In this document: one piece after another, positions 51,371 through 64,000 of the stretch
Position numbering within the stretch: the stretch's first letter is position 1
Layout of the letters: the number at the start of each line of letters is the position of its first letter
Origin: Podarcis cretensis
Taxonomy: Eukaryota
NCBI GenBank assembly: GCA_951804945.1
Contig: OX638157.1
Coordinates: 34,472,001 to 34,536,000, forward strand
DNA: 64,000 bases
Reading direction: 5' to 3'
Program-made: the position numbers and the translations under genes
The notes under the pieces: model-generated
What the model saw: the letters and a program-made list of their open reading frames with translations, nothing else
The model's database searches: none
Told to the model about the DNA's origin: nothing

Positions 51371-53049
51371 ATATAAAGTTGGACTGGAGTAGGCATCGAC
51401 TGGGGGCTAGGAGAATCTTGGATATGACACTGTTTATATAGATAACATTTGAAAAGTATATTCAATTAAATTAGCTACAACTGAAATATATAGCAATGAC
51501 AAAACTGCTTTGCATATGTGCAGTATATTCGTGAAGCTGATCTGCTTGCTTCTATGCACATAAGGAAAAGGAACAATCTGGAGAATACTTCTTCCTCCCT
51601 ATGGATTATCAATCTGGAAAAGCTAAAGATAGAGAATGATTAATGAAATCTAAATCCAACTTCAATGTTCTAAGACGGTTCTCACTGAGAAGGTCCAGCT
51701 AAGGTTCCTGTTGCAAGGTTAAGAAAACTAGCATTATTCACTCGCTTAAAATGCTAAATCTATACCAGCAAATATGGAGGAGGAGGGGAACATTTTAATA
51801 ATGGATTAAAGTTTGTGAACAGGACAAAAGATAAATGATATTGGCTCAAAGTCTGACCCAGGAGCATATTATTAATACTAAAGGACAACAGTGTGTCAGT
51901 GATTCTTGAGCTATGAGACCCATGCATAAATGCAAACACAAAGCACCATCTGTTTTAAATGTATGTGGCTTTGCAATGTTTGTAAACTATGAGAACCTTT
52001 TAAAGCTTTCAGTTATTATTTCATCTTTACCATTTTTGAAAAGAGCATTTCCTTCAACAATGCATATTTTAAAACTATATTTTTCATAGAAATCACATGT
52101 ATTATTTGAAATATTCTCGTTATGTGAAATATTTCATGACAAAGTAAAAAAGAGCAACCCTGGGAGGTATTGAATGCAGTCATTGTGCTAGTACAAAGAT
52201 TTACACTTGCACAATGAAAGCTTCCTCTCTTCCTTGTGCATCCTCTGGAGGATTTATAACCCAGAATACAGTACATTTAATGGGCATGAGGCGGGGGGGG
52301 GGGGAAGTTCCACTGTAAAAACATGAATTCTTGTATTAATTAAACAAGTTACTTAATGCTACATTGGATACAACCCTCTGTTTCCTCTTTGGTCTTTAAT
52401 TTTCTAACTAGTGCCATGCCTATTGGTTCCAATTAATTCTGCACTATATTTAATGGTGTTCATGGAATTTGACAAGAATAGAAAACATTTCATTCACTTC
52501 AAGATGGGTGTTTCTACACATTTCACAACCCTAAAGAACATTCTAAAATGCACATTAATATTGTTGATGGAAATCTTCCAAAAATAAAGAGAAATGTGTC
52601 TTTAGAAAATTAAAATATCTGATCTGTAAACATTGTTAATCAATTCTAGTATAATATTAGAAGCATTTGTATGTTCTTTATTCTATAACCCTCCTAATAT
52701 GCACATACCATAAAGAATTTCTGGAAAGCCAACTGTTTATGATGAGTTTGGGCCAAAGAGGTTGATTAATTTAGAACAAGAAACCATTTGTTATAAGAAT
52801 GAAAGGAAAAAAGATGCTTGTTTCTTCAAAATCACAAATCTAAAGGATTCCTGATATTCTGGTTTCTGTGGCTGCTTTGGGGTTAGGATATCTAAAATTA
52901 CTTAAAGATCAGATAGCAGATTTTGGTAAGAATATAGTATTATGCTGAAAACAACAAAGGCAACAGTTGTTAGGCTCATATATAGAAACATCAAATATCC
53001 CAACTAACTGTAGTTCTTCGGCTAGTGGGCCTCCAGTATTTAACAAATA

Positions 53050-53290
53050 CAGTCATACCTTGGTTCCGAATGCCTTGGTGCTCAGACGTTTTGGCTCCCG
53101 AACACCGCAAACCTAGAAGTGAGTTTGCGAACTTTATTTGGAACCCGAACATCCGACGGTGCTTCTGTGGCCTTTGATTGGCTGCAGGAGCTTTCTGCAG
53201 CCAATCAAAAGCCACTCTTTGGTTTCCAAATGTTTTGGAAGTTGAATGGACTTCCGGAACAGATTCCGTTTGACTTCTAAGGTATGACTG
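53050..53290. mobile_element. Tc1/mariner (Tigger-like) MITE
   Basis: TA TSD, TIR CAGTCATACCTT / AAGGTATGACTG, central palindrome tttgattggctgcag...ctgcagccaatcaaa. Confidence 0.88.
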
Positions 53291-54311
53291 TAGTCATATT
53301 AGATAATTTAACAAATAGTTAAATTAGATGAACTTAATTAGTTCCAGAAAGGGAATATGGATAAATACCGGTAAATAATGGCTACATTCTAGAACTATTG
53401 AAATAAATGGGATGGATCCAATAACTGGGACACGTGTAGCTGCTAGCACCGCTCTGCTTGTGTAAGGATTTGTGCAGTGCTATAATGGGTTGATGTTAGA
53501 GCTGTTTTCATCATTCCATTTCTGATGGGGGTTATGCAAATCCACATGGAAACATAATAAGATATTTGGTTTGAGTTTCATATTGCAGTGGTTTAGCACA
53601 GAGTGAAAAACAGCCATCCATGCCTGGAGATGCCCCCCACGTGTAGAAGGGCATAGTTGTATCCCGAAATAAATTTGAAGGAATATGGATGAGACGATGA
53701 TTCAGCTAATAGCATATAATTATTCTGTGTTTCAGAATTAATTCTTGTTTTCTGTTGGTTGGTTTGATTTTGGATGTGGTTAAAATAAATCAGCGCAGAC
53801 TTCAAAGCTTACTGTTACTTCTTTTTTCAAAGTCAAGGTATACACCAGTACAATACAATCCATATATTGTAACTCTGTTCATATAGGCAGTTATATATAG
53901 GCTCAACTGGGATGCAAAGCTTTTTTCATTTTAAACCCTTTTAAATTTCAGCCCTCCAGATGTCATTGGGCAACTCTCATCAACCCCAGACATTAGACAT
54001 CCTGGTTGGGTCTGAAGGAAGTTGGAGTTTAGCAACATCTGCAAGGTCACTCCCATTTTAATATTTTTTAAAGACAATGGGAAATTATTTAATTTAACCA
54101 GGTCCCTCTTATTTGTTTTAGGCTGCAATCCTATTCACACTGAGCAGAGATAGAGAGGATTTCATTGTTAGAGAAGGGAAATCCTCATGCAGAAACAAAT
54201 CATCTCAGAATGACTCAGAGCCCAGCATAACATGAAAGTGCTAATTTGAATATATTGTAACTTCAAGTGATCTCAATGACTAGTCATTTTTCATTTCTGT
54301 TGGTGCTTTTT

Positions 54312-54890
54312 GTGACCAGTCCAAGCATAAAGAGACAAAACTCAAATAATGGGTTGCATCCGCGGAAGGAAGCTAATAACCTCAGGCTCAGGCAAGTCAA
54401 ACCCTGCATGTAAATGCATAGCCTTAAAACCTACAGCCCACTTCATGGGCAATAGGGAGGCCTTCATTACTTACCCCCTCCAACAGACCCACAATTTCAG
54501 TCAGGTGTAGAATAGGCTCCTTATCCAGGCTAAGGGCCCCACAGCCAAGAGCAGGTAGCCTTCAGAAACACCCTTCACCTCTAAAAATGCCTAAGGCTGC
54601 CCACCTGTTCCCTTATCTAACATTAACTGTTCTCACACCTTCCTGTCAACAAGGTGACCAAAGTTACTATACAACCAAATAAACCTATTTAATTACCCCT
54701 ACCCCTTGGCCCTAACGTCCCCTGAGGCAGGTACAGAGTAGGGTTAAAAAAAAGCTGCACAACTCAACAAATTTGTGAGCAGGCAAAAAATAAGTCCTGC
54801 TTAATCTCAAAGCAACTGGAATTCTAGAAGAGGATGTTAGGTAGGTGTAAATAAATGGCCAAAATGTCCACATAGAGGCATCACTAGGGT
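54312..54890 (-). mobile_element. Probable LTR-like/DIRS-like cassette (decayed)
   Basis: Starts tgtga, with the same C/A-rich plus-strand composition as the 9116, 34083 and 41287 cassettes; no TSD seen. Confidence 0.3.
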
Positions 54891-54947
54891 CTATAAAGCA
54901 TATGGCTGCACCCCCAGACTAAGATGCCTCATGTTTGTCTGCAGTCT

Positions 54948-55080
54948 TAGAATCAAAGAATTGTAGAGTTGAAAGGCACCCCAAGGATCATCTAGTCCAG
55001 CCTCCACACAGCCATCCCTTGGTGGGCTTGAACCCCCAACCTTCTAGTTAACAGCCAGATGCACTGACCCATTGTGCCAT
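54948..55080 (-). mobile_element. SINE: tRNA-Asn(GTT)-like head plus CR1 3' tail
   Basis: Minus strand tggcacaatgggtcagtgcatctggctgttaactagaaggttgggggttcaagcccaccaagggatg, then ggactagatgatccttggggtgcctttcaactctacaattct. Confidence 0.7.
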
Positions 55081-56110
55081 AGTGCTTTCCCCCACTCCCA
55101 GAGCAGTTGCAACAAAGTTATTATATATGATGTTGTCCTGCTGTCAGGAGTAGACTCATATTTGCCATTCGTGAAGAACTTTGCTAACTCTTACATAAAC
55201 TTGAACATAATACTGTACAAATCTAAAGATTTGTGTATGTTTCTTATGGTGTAAGAGTGTTGGATTTGACATATAGGTCCAAATCCTTGCTTAGCTGTGA
55301 AGCTAACAACTGAATATTCTTCTCTAGGAAGCAACTCCCTTGCTTCAAGTATTCTCTTGCTGTTGTTTCCTTGCTTCAATCTCAGTTTCTTTCAATTATG
55401 CAGATGGGGAATCTTCTGACATTTTGGGATTCAGAGGCAGTAAGGGACTCTGTGCTGTAGTATTTTTAATGTATTGTTTAAAAGCTAGAACTTGTAGAAA
55501 AACATGGAAGCAGAGTCCATTATGCAGGTAGTGTTGATAATCCTTCGGAAAGTATTTTTAACTTTAGTTACTATATTAGGCAAAAATATATGAGACTCTA
55601 ACGGCAACACAGCCCTTCTTACAGTAAGCTGTAAACTTTTCTAAAATGGCTTTGTACAATGCCTGTGTTGTTTTCTCAGTTATATCAGAAATGTGTGAAG
55701 CTACACACAAAGAATTCCAGTTGACAATAAAGTGTTATTCCTACATTTCTAAATAATGAAGCTGTGTTAATAGCCCTCTGGGGCTTACTTTGCCGACCAG
55801 ATTGCACACGCTGAACTGTTAGCTTATTACAAGGGTAGAAGAGCAAATTAACAAAGTGCATCACAATTACCATTAAAAAGAGCCTGTCTCTTTGCTGGAT
55901 GATAAACCAAGATTGGTGTGTTTGAGACAACCTGTTTTCTATTCAGTATCAGTAGTTTGCTTAAACTGAGGTGGCAAAGGGGAAATTATTTTGTTTTGTA
56001 CTTGTGTGGAATAAGACAAGAGGCAAGGTAGGAAAGAAAACTAAGCAACATAACCATTTCTGTGTATAAGAGGTGTTACATTATGTAAAGCTCTCCCCAC
56101 AGCCAGTGTT

Positions 56111-56403
56111 AGGTGGCATTCACATGACAGTTTATTTCACTTTCCCTAACTGTCAATTTCCACATTATATCTGAGCTTTCACACAATGTAAAAGCCACTT
56201 CTGGAACTATAGTGGGATATAGTGCCGGTTTAGCACTCATTAACATATTATTTGAAAATGTGTTTTCTTTTTCTGCACGCAAATAACATAGAAATGAGCA
56301 CTAAACTTGTATTATATTTCCCTATAGTTCCAGAAGTGGCTTTTACATTGTGTGAAAGCTCAAATATTATGAAGAACTGAGAAAGCTGGATCAGTTGTCT
56401 GAC
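56111..56403. mobile_element. Harbinger-like palindromic MITE with a 41-bp perfect internal inverted repeat
   Basis: Decayed termini resemble ggctgcattcagac (47557) / gtctgaatgcagcc (~43170); shares atagaaatgagcactaaact with ~43036. Confidence 0.6.
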
Positions 56404-58176
56404 AATAGTATAAGGCAGATTCCTATATCCCTAACAGCTGAAGGCAGATCAGAGCTCAAGTCACTTATTGATGAGTATCTAATGTGTCCCAAGATTCAGT
56501 GATTTGCACAACTGAACTTCCAGGTAATGGTGAAAAAAGAGGAAGGTTTTAGGAAGCTAGGTTGTCAAGAATTTACTAACTACTTCTCCAAACAACTTTT
56601 CTCTACGCCAGATGTGAAGAGCCTGGGTACATTTCAACAGGGGGAAAAAATAGTTTGCTGTGCGAAACATTCATACTAGAGACTAGTTCATAAATACAAG
56701 AATATTCAGGAGTATTATCTACAGTACTTTATGGTCTCTTGTTGTAGAGTAATAGGAAATGGTATATAGTTTCTGCTGGTTGGTTAACACTACAAGCCCT
56801 ATTAACCATATTACTCATGCAGAGAGTATTGCCATGTATTTTTAGGCAAATCACCAATGGGGTGTTTCCCTCCTTACACTACCACGGGTTGCCTGAGAGA
56901 TCAATATTCATATGTACAAGCAGGAGCGCCATGTGACTGAGATACCTGCACAACTGGGTGTCACAATTGCATGGAAAACCACACATGACTAGGAGCTCAT
57001 ACTTTGGACTCCTACTTCAAAAAACCACAGGTAATTCACTGTTGAGGATGAGGCAACATCAGGAGTGGGCCTAAAAGCATGGCTCACTCCAGAGTTATCA
57101 CAGTGATGCCCTACAATCAAAATATGTGAATAGAACTACAGACTACTGACAGTTATTCAGAAAAAGAAAGCCCATAATCAATCAAACGCTTGTTTGGCTG
57201 GGAAGAAAGCACTCTTTGCTTTGACGTGGCCCTGGAGAAGAAGGTTAATATTCAGTTAACTTACTTTCAAATTGCATTAACCATGTCAAACTTCATACAA
57301 TAGCTCCAAATCACTTGTGCTCCTTGAGGAACACAATGCAAAGTATTATGGGCAACTTTTAACATCTTAAGGGAAAGCTGACATCTAGGTTATAATTTAG
57401 GTTGCTGATTGCTACATGCACAGATTCCAAAGGGCTGCAATTATGATCTTTGTTTTTGTGTGGATGGTGGGAGGAACACATCATTTCCATAAAATTGGAA
57501 CAGAAAGCACATAAATATCTGCTTTCACAAACAGCAGTGCTGGAAAGTCAGAGGAGAAAGGGAGAAGGCTATTTGCTTCTATACCACAACCCATTCATTT
57601 GCCATTCCTAGATCTTCTTGTAACAGGGACACACAGCTTACATTTTAAGTTTAAGATACCAATCTATCACAGATAGATGACAGTGTTGTATGTATATTAA
57701 TTCTCTCTCACCCATATTTAAATGGGGATAATGGCTCTCTTGCAGAAACTTCTCTCCTTACCTCAGTTTTTCAACTGTGTCCCTTTTCAGAGAAGATGAC
57801 TTTTACCCTTAATATATTCTCATAAATTTGTTTGTTTTGTTTTAAATGTGCCTTCTGGGTATAGTTTTCATTGACACACACCCTACCTTCCCATTTACTC
57901 ACAAGTCATCTCAATTTATATAAATATTGCTGTTGTTGGTATTTGTCTATCTCAAGAGACAATGGAGGAGAGTGTGCTTTTGGGAGTGACGGCAAATTGC
58001 ATATCAACAAAATATTCACATAACACACAGAACTGGTGCCATTCATTCACATATACAATCTAGTCACCTCATTCACTAACATAAGCCTCCTTCAGATAGC
58101 CTGTTTATCCAGCATTCACCCTGATTTGCTTAAAAAATGTTTGATATGGTTATTAAACTATGTCTGGTCTTTATTG

Positions 58177-58680
58177 AGGGTACCTTTGAAAGTGACACAG
58201 AAGCTACAATTAATGAAGAATGCTGCAGCTAGACTGGTGACTTGGAATGGCCACTGAGACCATATAACACTGGTCCTGAAAGACTTCTAGTATTTTTCCA
58301 AACACAATTCAAAGTGCTGGTGCTGACCTTTAAAACCCTAAATGGCCTCAGCCCAGTATACCTGAAGGAGCGTCTCCACCCCCATTGTTCAGCCCGGACA
58401 CTGAGGTCCAGCGCCAAGGGCCTTCTGGCGGTTCCCTCACTGCAAGAAGTGAGGATACAGGGAACAAGGCAGAGGGCATTCTTGGTAGTGGTCGCCCCCC
58501 CAGTGGAACACCCTCCCATCAGATGTCAAGGAAATAAACAACTATTTGACATTTAGAAGACATCTGAAGGCAACCCTGTTTAGGAAAGTTTTTAATCTTT
58601 GATGTTTTATTTTATTTTTTAATATTGTTGGGAGCCACCCAGAGTGGCTGGGGAAACCCAGCCAGATGGGTGGGGTATAT
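58177..58680 (+). mobile_element. L2 LINE 3' fragment (ORF2 C-terminus plus 3' UTR)
   Basis: Translates to PLKVTQKLQLMKNAAARLVT and QFKVLVLTFKTLNGLSPVYLKERL, hallmark L2 ORF2 C-terminal motifs; frameshifted. Confidence 0.9.
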
Positions 58681-58802
58681 GATTATGATTACTGAGATAT
58701 GAATTTTCATTGATGACAACTCACTTCATCAGATGGATGAAGTGTACTGTGGAGAGTTGAAGTGCAGTAGAGGATAAAACAGATACTTCCTGGATCCTAA
58801 TA

Positions 58803-59044
58803 CAGTGGTACCTCGGGTTACATACACTTCAGGTTACATACGATTCAGGTTACAGACTCCGCTAACCCAGAAATAATACCTTGGGTTAAGAACTTTGCTC
58901 CAGGATGAAAACCGAAATTGTGGTGTGGCGGCACAGCAGCAGCAGGAGGCCCCATTAACTAAAGTGGTGCTTTAGGTTAAGAACAGTTTCAGGTTAAGAA
59001 CGGACCTCCAGAACAAATTAAGTACTTAACCCGAGGTACCACTG
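58803..59044 (-). mobile_element. Tc1/mariner (Tigger-like) MITE
   Basis: TA TSD, perfect TIR CAGTGGTACCTCGGGTTA / TAACCCGAGGTACCACTG; inverted paralogue of 32300-32541. Confidence 0.92.
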
Positions 59045-61003
59045 TAGTTGGTTTGCAATAGTAGTAGTAGTAGTAGTAATATGCAATATATAATGTAAGC
59101 ATATTCACCTGGACAATTGCTTTCTGTTGTGAGAGAACACACAAAACTCATTTGAGTAATTTGCTAATTCTGTTGAAATGCTTCACTCACTCCAAAATGC
59201 TGCAGTCATCAAATTATTCTCATTATTTTGCTTTGGATTAAATTTGGTAGCACCTTAGGGTGCCTCCAGATTGTGGGCGGAATTCAAACACATATCGCAA
59301 ATTAGGTTTCCACAATTAAAGTGGATTAAAGCACTGTTTCCCTAGTGCAACAAATCCACTTAAATTTTTTTGTGTGTGATTTGGAAAGTGATGGAAGAAT
59401 GCATTGGAAAAAGTAGTACAAATGATTACCAAGAACATGCGTAAATACCCTGCAAGCATAACAATATGGGGACCCAGCAAATAAATAAGAACAAAAAAAC
59501 CAGATGCAATCTATTATCCACATTAGCGTTGTGCAAGCAAATAAAGATGAATCCTCAATAAATAGGTTGTTTGGAGGAGTCCTTAGGTGAAATGCCCTTG
59601 GGAATTTTGACAATCTTATTCTCCCTGGGCTTCCCCTAAAATTATTCAAGATGTGTTGCCCAAACAGTAACCTCTCAATTCACTTCCAATGAAATTTGCT
59701 ATGCTGAAGGCACCAACCCAATTTCTTGTTGAAATTCAGGAAATTTGTATTAAAGAAATTTGTTCAAATAAATTCTGACTTTGGATTCATGTGTTTCTGA
59801 AATCTATAGGAATGGATTCTATGCAAATATGTTCCAAAATAAAGGGTAAGGTTACCTGGTTAGGGAGAAGAAAACATATTTGAGGCATGATATTGCTGAT
59901 TGCTCAACACTTCGTCTGCTTTGAAATGAAGACTTGCTTATTGAAAAACACTTGGATGACTGGAGGTCTCTTTTTTTCTACTGGCAGAGCAAAAGTGCTA
60001 TTTGAAATCTGACATTCGATCTCAAACAAATCAGCCGGGTCAGAGAATTCTAATAGAGATAATGTCTGGCTACAATGAACATCTCGAGGAAGATGTCATT
60101 TTGTTGGGATCCAGACTGTGAAAATCTGTGAAGGAACTAAATATGTCTAATTTTTTAAGACCAAAGTCCTCCCATTACTGTACTTGCTTTTAATATTTCA
60201 GAGAAGATCTTAAAAGGCAAATGCCCCTCCCCCTTCTCCTCTATACAAGAGAGGTTCAGCAAGTTCAAAGATTCAAAATACTTTTCACCAAGGGCTGTAA
60301 AAATCTACTCCCTATGTGTGGGGGAAAAGTTTGTTAAACTTAGTTAAGGCTGGCATTTCTGAGTCTGGGGTCATAGAGCATTCTAATGAGTGCCAATTTG
60401 GGACAAAAGTAATGCAGGAGAGAGAGCAATTTTCCTTTCCATCTACGGTATTTACATGGGGAAAGGGTAATGTCAACCTTCTAGGTTGGAGAGCAGCAGA
60501 CACTTTAAAACTGATTAGGGAAGTTCTCAACATCACCTGGCTTCGTGTCTAATTAGAAATCCTGGTTCTGACCTGCTTTTCAGCTGCTAAGAGCAGCAGG
60601 ACATCTTCAGAACAAAAAAATAATGAGCTTCGAATTGTTGCATATGATCTCTACAGATTGTTTGACATATTGTTCTAAGGCTAAAACTAAACTAATTCAA
60701 TCCCTGGCTCAAACATTTTTCAAAACAATATAATATGCTATGCAACAAAGTAACTTGGACATCTTTAGTATAATGTCTCTCCATCTGATCTTTCACCTTG
60801 CCTTTGAATTCCAAATGTTTTATTGTTTCAAGTCAGCTTATTTGTTTGATTTATATAGTGAGCATCAAGGACTCACAGTCTACTCACCTGTGATTATGAA
60901 CCAAGGGCAAGCCAAAGTACAGTGGACCATCGTGTTAGCTATGCTAGAAAGAAACCAAGTTGCTGAGGGGCCTGTGTGCTCCATGCACAGAATCAAAGTA
61001 AAG

Positions 61004-61363
61004 CAGAGGTGCCAACTTGTGCCCAAGATTGAGGGAGCCTGATGTGCAAATCACACATGTGACGTCAGGTGCTCAGTGCACAGCATGCATGTGTGTGACA
61101 TCATGTGCCCAGCGGACATCATGCACAAGTAGCATTACACATGCAATGCACATCACATCATCGGAAGGAGGCCATGAGTGGAGCCCAGTGTGGCACAGCT
61201 TTAATGACTTGTGGCTCCTTAGGAGGAAGCAGCTGCGGAAGTCACGCCTCAATCAGCCCCATGCTTGGCCTCCTTCATCCTCTCAACATTGAGAGGGCCC
61301 GCCCCCCAAAAAATATTGGGGCAAGGCTAAAGACACCTCAGCCCCATAGGGCTGGTGCCCCTG
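61004..61363. mobile_element. hAT-type MITE
   Basis: CAGAGGTGCCAAC / GCTGGTGCCCCTG termini with perfect 8-bp TSD AAGTAAAG (60996-61003, 61364-61371); related copy at ~49871-50057. Confidence 0.85.
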
Positions 61364-62145
61364 AAGTAAAGGGTTACATGCTTAAACTAAAGTCCAGTGT
61401 TCTATTTGTGCGTTTATTTAATACATGGCAGGGTAAGAGGGGACTGGGAATATTAAGTTCCCACAATTGCCTTCCCCAGGTTGGAGATTGAACATCTGAA
61501 CCAAGGAGGTTCCTTGCATGATTAAGAACCCTGGTGGGTGGGGACCTTCCACAAGTACAGGAGCATCTTCAAACCTCTGAAGTTTGACTGCCATCTTATG
61601 AAAGGTGTCTAGGGTGGCAACAGGAAGAGTTTAGTGAGCTTTCAAAAACTCTCCTCTATGTGAGCTAAATCTACATTTAAAATAGAACAGCTAGGTATTT
61701 CTAGCCTTTATAGAACCAGATATGAGAGACAATTTGTTAAAACTGATTTATGTATCCTGCCCTGGAACTTCATGGTGACAAGCTGCTAAGGGAGCTAACA
61801 AATAAATAAATAAATATGTGCAGGCAGTATTCTACCTAATCATTTTGTGAAGCATGAGCCAGCTTCTACTGTCAAACCAGTGAAGGAAGACACAGCTAGG
61901 ATTGACGCATAAGGGAAACAGTGATATCAACAGAGAAAAGAAATCCTGAAGTAACAATTCAATTGTCCAGAGATGGAACTTCCTTGTTCACAGTACCTCC
62001 AGGGCAGAAGTGTGAACTGCCGAAAGAAAACAACGAATCTTTCCAAACATATTGATGTGCTGATGCCAATGCATTCCATTATCCTCATATTGCAGTTTAG
62101 AGGTTGGGTGAGGGAAATTTAGATTTCCATTTCCAAAATACCTAA

Positions 62146-62545
62146 TGTCATGGACTGGTTGGACACAGAGAAATGGGGGGGGACCATCTGGGGAGCCCTC
62201 AAGGGGAAAAGGCTCAGAGCCTAGGGAGTGGTGGTGAGATGACAATGAGTGGTCAAAGGGGGAAGAGGGAGAAGTTTGGGAGAAGGAAGTGTCAGAAACT
62301 GAAGAGGTATCAGGGCTTAGTGAGCTGAGAGAGTCTGTGGCAGAGAGAAGTCCAGAAGCAGAAGCAGAAGCAGAAGCAGAAGCAGAGGCAGGCAAGGGGG
62401 AGGAGGGAGACCAAGAGGCAGAGATGAGTCAGGCTCAGGAAGAGTCATGGGTGTCTCCATCTCTTACTGTAACAAGCTCCCCTCCCACTTGTCTCCCATA
62501 ATCAGAAGAGGCGTGAAATGGGCAGAGAAGAGGTTGGCTTTACTC
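62146..62545 (+). mobile_element. 3'-truncated Gypsy-like LTR with an internal (GAAGCA)n expansion
   Basis: Begins TGTCA; purine-rich U3 with the same architecture as the minus strand of 25974-26421. Confidence 0.6.
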
Positions 62546-63576
62546 AAGGAGGTGTCTATGCTACATGGGTATCTCATTTTTTATATGAAGCTTTTTTCTA
62601 TATGCAATTGTTTAAACTGTTTTTTTTTTATTATTTAGAAAAATAAATTTGTTTCTATGTGATTTTCTGCATGGAAGCCTTTTTGAACAGCATTTGTATA
62701 TGGAATTGGTTTTAGTTGTTTTACATAGTGCTACTGGTGCCATGTCGTGGGACATTCTTCCAGTGGAGTTTCAACAGCTCTTTATTTTTTATTGTAGATT
62801 AGCAAGTCACCTTAATGATTACCTAGATCTGTATCTGTATTTTTTTAAGTACATGTAACTGCTTTACTTTTTTACACTTGTTTTATGATTGTAACTGTTT
62901 CAGTTTCATGATAGCATATTTTATTGTGGTAGCATGCTCTGGGACATGATTATAAAGGACAGGTAACAAAAAAAATCTAATAAATAAAATATCTGGTTTA
63001 TGTACACTTTTATTGCACTGCAAGGTTGATTTGTGATGTGCCATAGGAAGCAATTTATAAACGAGATAAAAACAAAGAGATAAATCTTCAACCTGGATTC
63101 AAGCACCAGATCAGTTGGCACACACTTGTTCATTGTAAGGTATGCTAAGGAGGCACTGATCACCATCTCACTCTGACTGGTAAGCCTTAGACATTATGAG
63201 ACCATCTAGGCCCAATGTAGGTCTCCTTGCATACTCCCTTAAGCCAAAGGGCTGTGAATGATTGATTACATAACCACCTGTTCACCATAAAGCTATTCCC
63301 TAGCGCTGACCAGGATTACCTCTGGAATTAAAAAATAATTCACCAAAACAGCCAAATGACTCCATTGCCCCACTATAGCATGAAGAAGGCTTTAAAAATA
63401 ATGAGCTCCAGATTGTGAATTAAGAGACAGACCCAAAATGTATTTTATGTGACTTAATTAGTCAACTGACTAGTTAGTCAACTGACTAACCCCATGCTGA
63501 ACATCTGGGGTGGGGCAGAGCTGCTGCTACATATATTAAAAACTGGAAGAGAGGTGGTGGTGCTTGCCTTTTAAGG

Positions 63577-63745
63577 AAAGGGCTTGGTAGTTATAGCATC
63601 TGCTTGGCATTAAGAAGTTCTCATGTTCAATCCTGGCATCTCAAGGTAGCGCTGAGAAAGACTGCCTTCCAAAACCCTGGAGAGCCATTGCCAGTCCATG
63701 TAGATGATACTGAATAAGATGGACACAGTATAAGGAAGTTTCCTG
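63577..63745 (+). mobile_element. tRNA-Ala-derived squamate SINE (Squam2-like)
   Basis: tagcatctgcttggcat...gttcaatcctggcatctc...ccctggagagccattgccagtc...agtataaggaagtttcct. Confidence 0.7.
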
Positions 63746-64000
63746 CATTTCCACAACCTCTATTTCTCTCTTATTGGCCCCTCCTAGCCCAACAGGTAAC
63801 CTGGTGCTCCATCTCAAGCAGGAGATGAGACAAACTAGCTAAACACTATCATGGGCCATCTAGATTAATGGTCACTTGGACACCTGTCCCAACCCAGCAC
63901 TGAAGTGCATCCAGAAGAGCCTTGTGCTTCATTGACTTACTTGCATACACGTTGCATTTAGAAATGTTTAAAAACCCCTCAAAGAAATGATGTTTTGGTG

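Noticed and set aside
61988-62395. 135 aa Ser/Ala-rich minus-strand ORF
   Set aside because: Antisense reading of the purine-rich LTR and its hexamer repeat.

Overview
This window is non-coding, repeat-rich, AT-rich vertebrate genomic DNA. The repeat set (Sauria SINE with (ACCTTT)n tail, squamate tRNA/CR1-tailed SINEs, L2 and CR1 3' ends, Tc1/mariner-, hAT- and Harbinger-type MITEs) points to a squamate reptile, most likely a lacertid lizard (inference). No host protein-coding gene can be supported; the region looks intergenic or deep-intronic and has one 182-bp assembly gap. The best-supported coding relic is a 1,540-bp internally deleted Chapaev3-type DNA transposon (44367-45906, TAA TSD, CACTGG TIRs) whose broken transposase keeps the Transib/RAG1-like D-D-E and Zn-binding motifs. 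Other highlights: (1) a palindromic Penelope-derived insert with one minimal dimer-type hammerhead ribozyme on each strand, nested in an L2 3' end with a 12-bp TSD; (2) two different Gypsy-like LTRs that both open an acidic/Ser-rich then SP..RR reading frame from LTR base 2; (3) several promoter-to-polyA cassettes, possibly DIRS/Ngaro-derived; (4) unusually perfect inverted repeats. Family names come from motif recognition only; no database search was run, and many boundaries are approximate.
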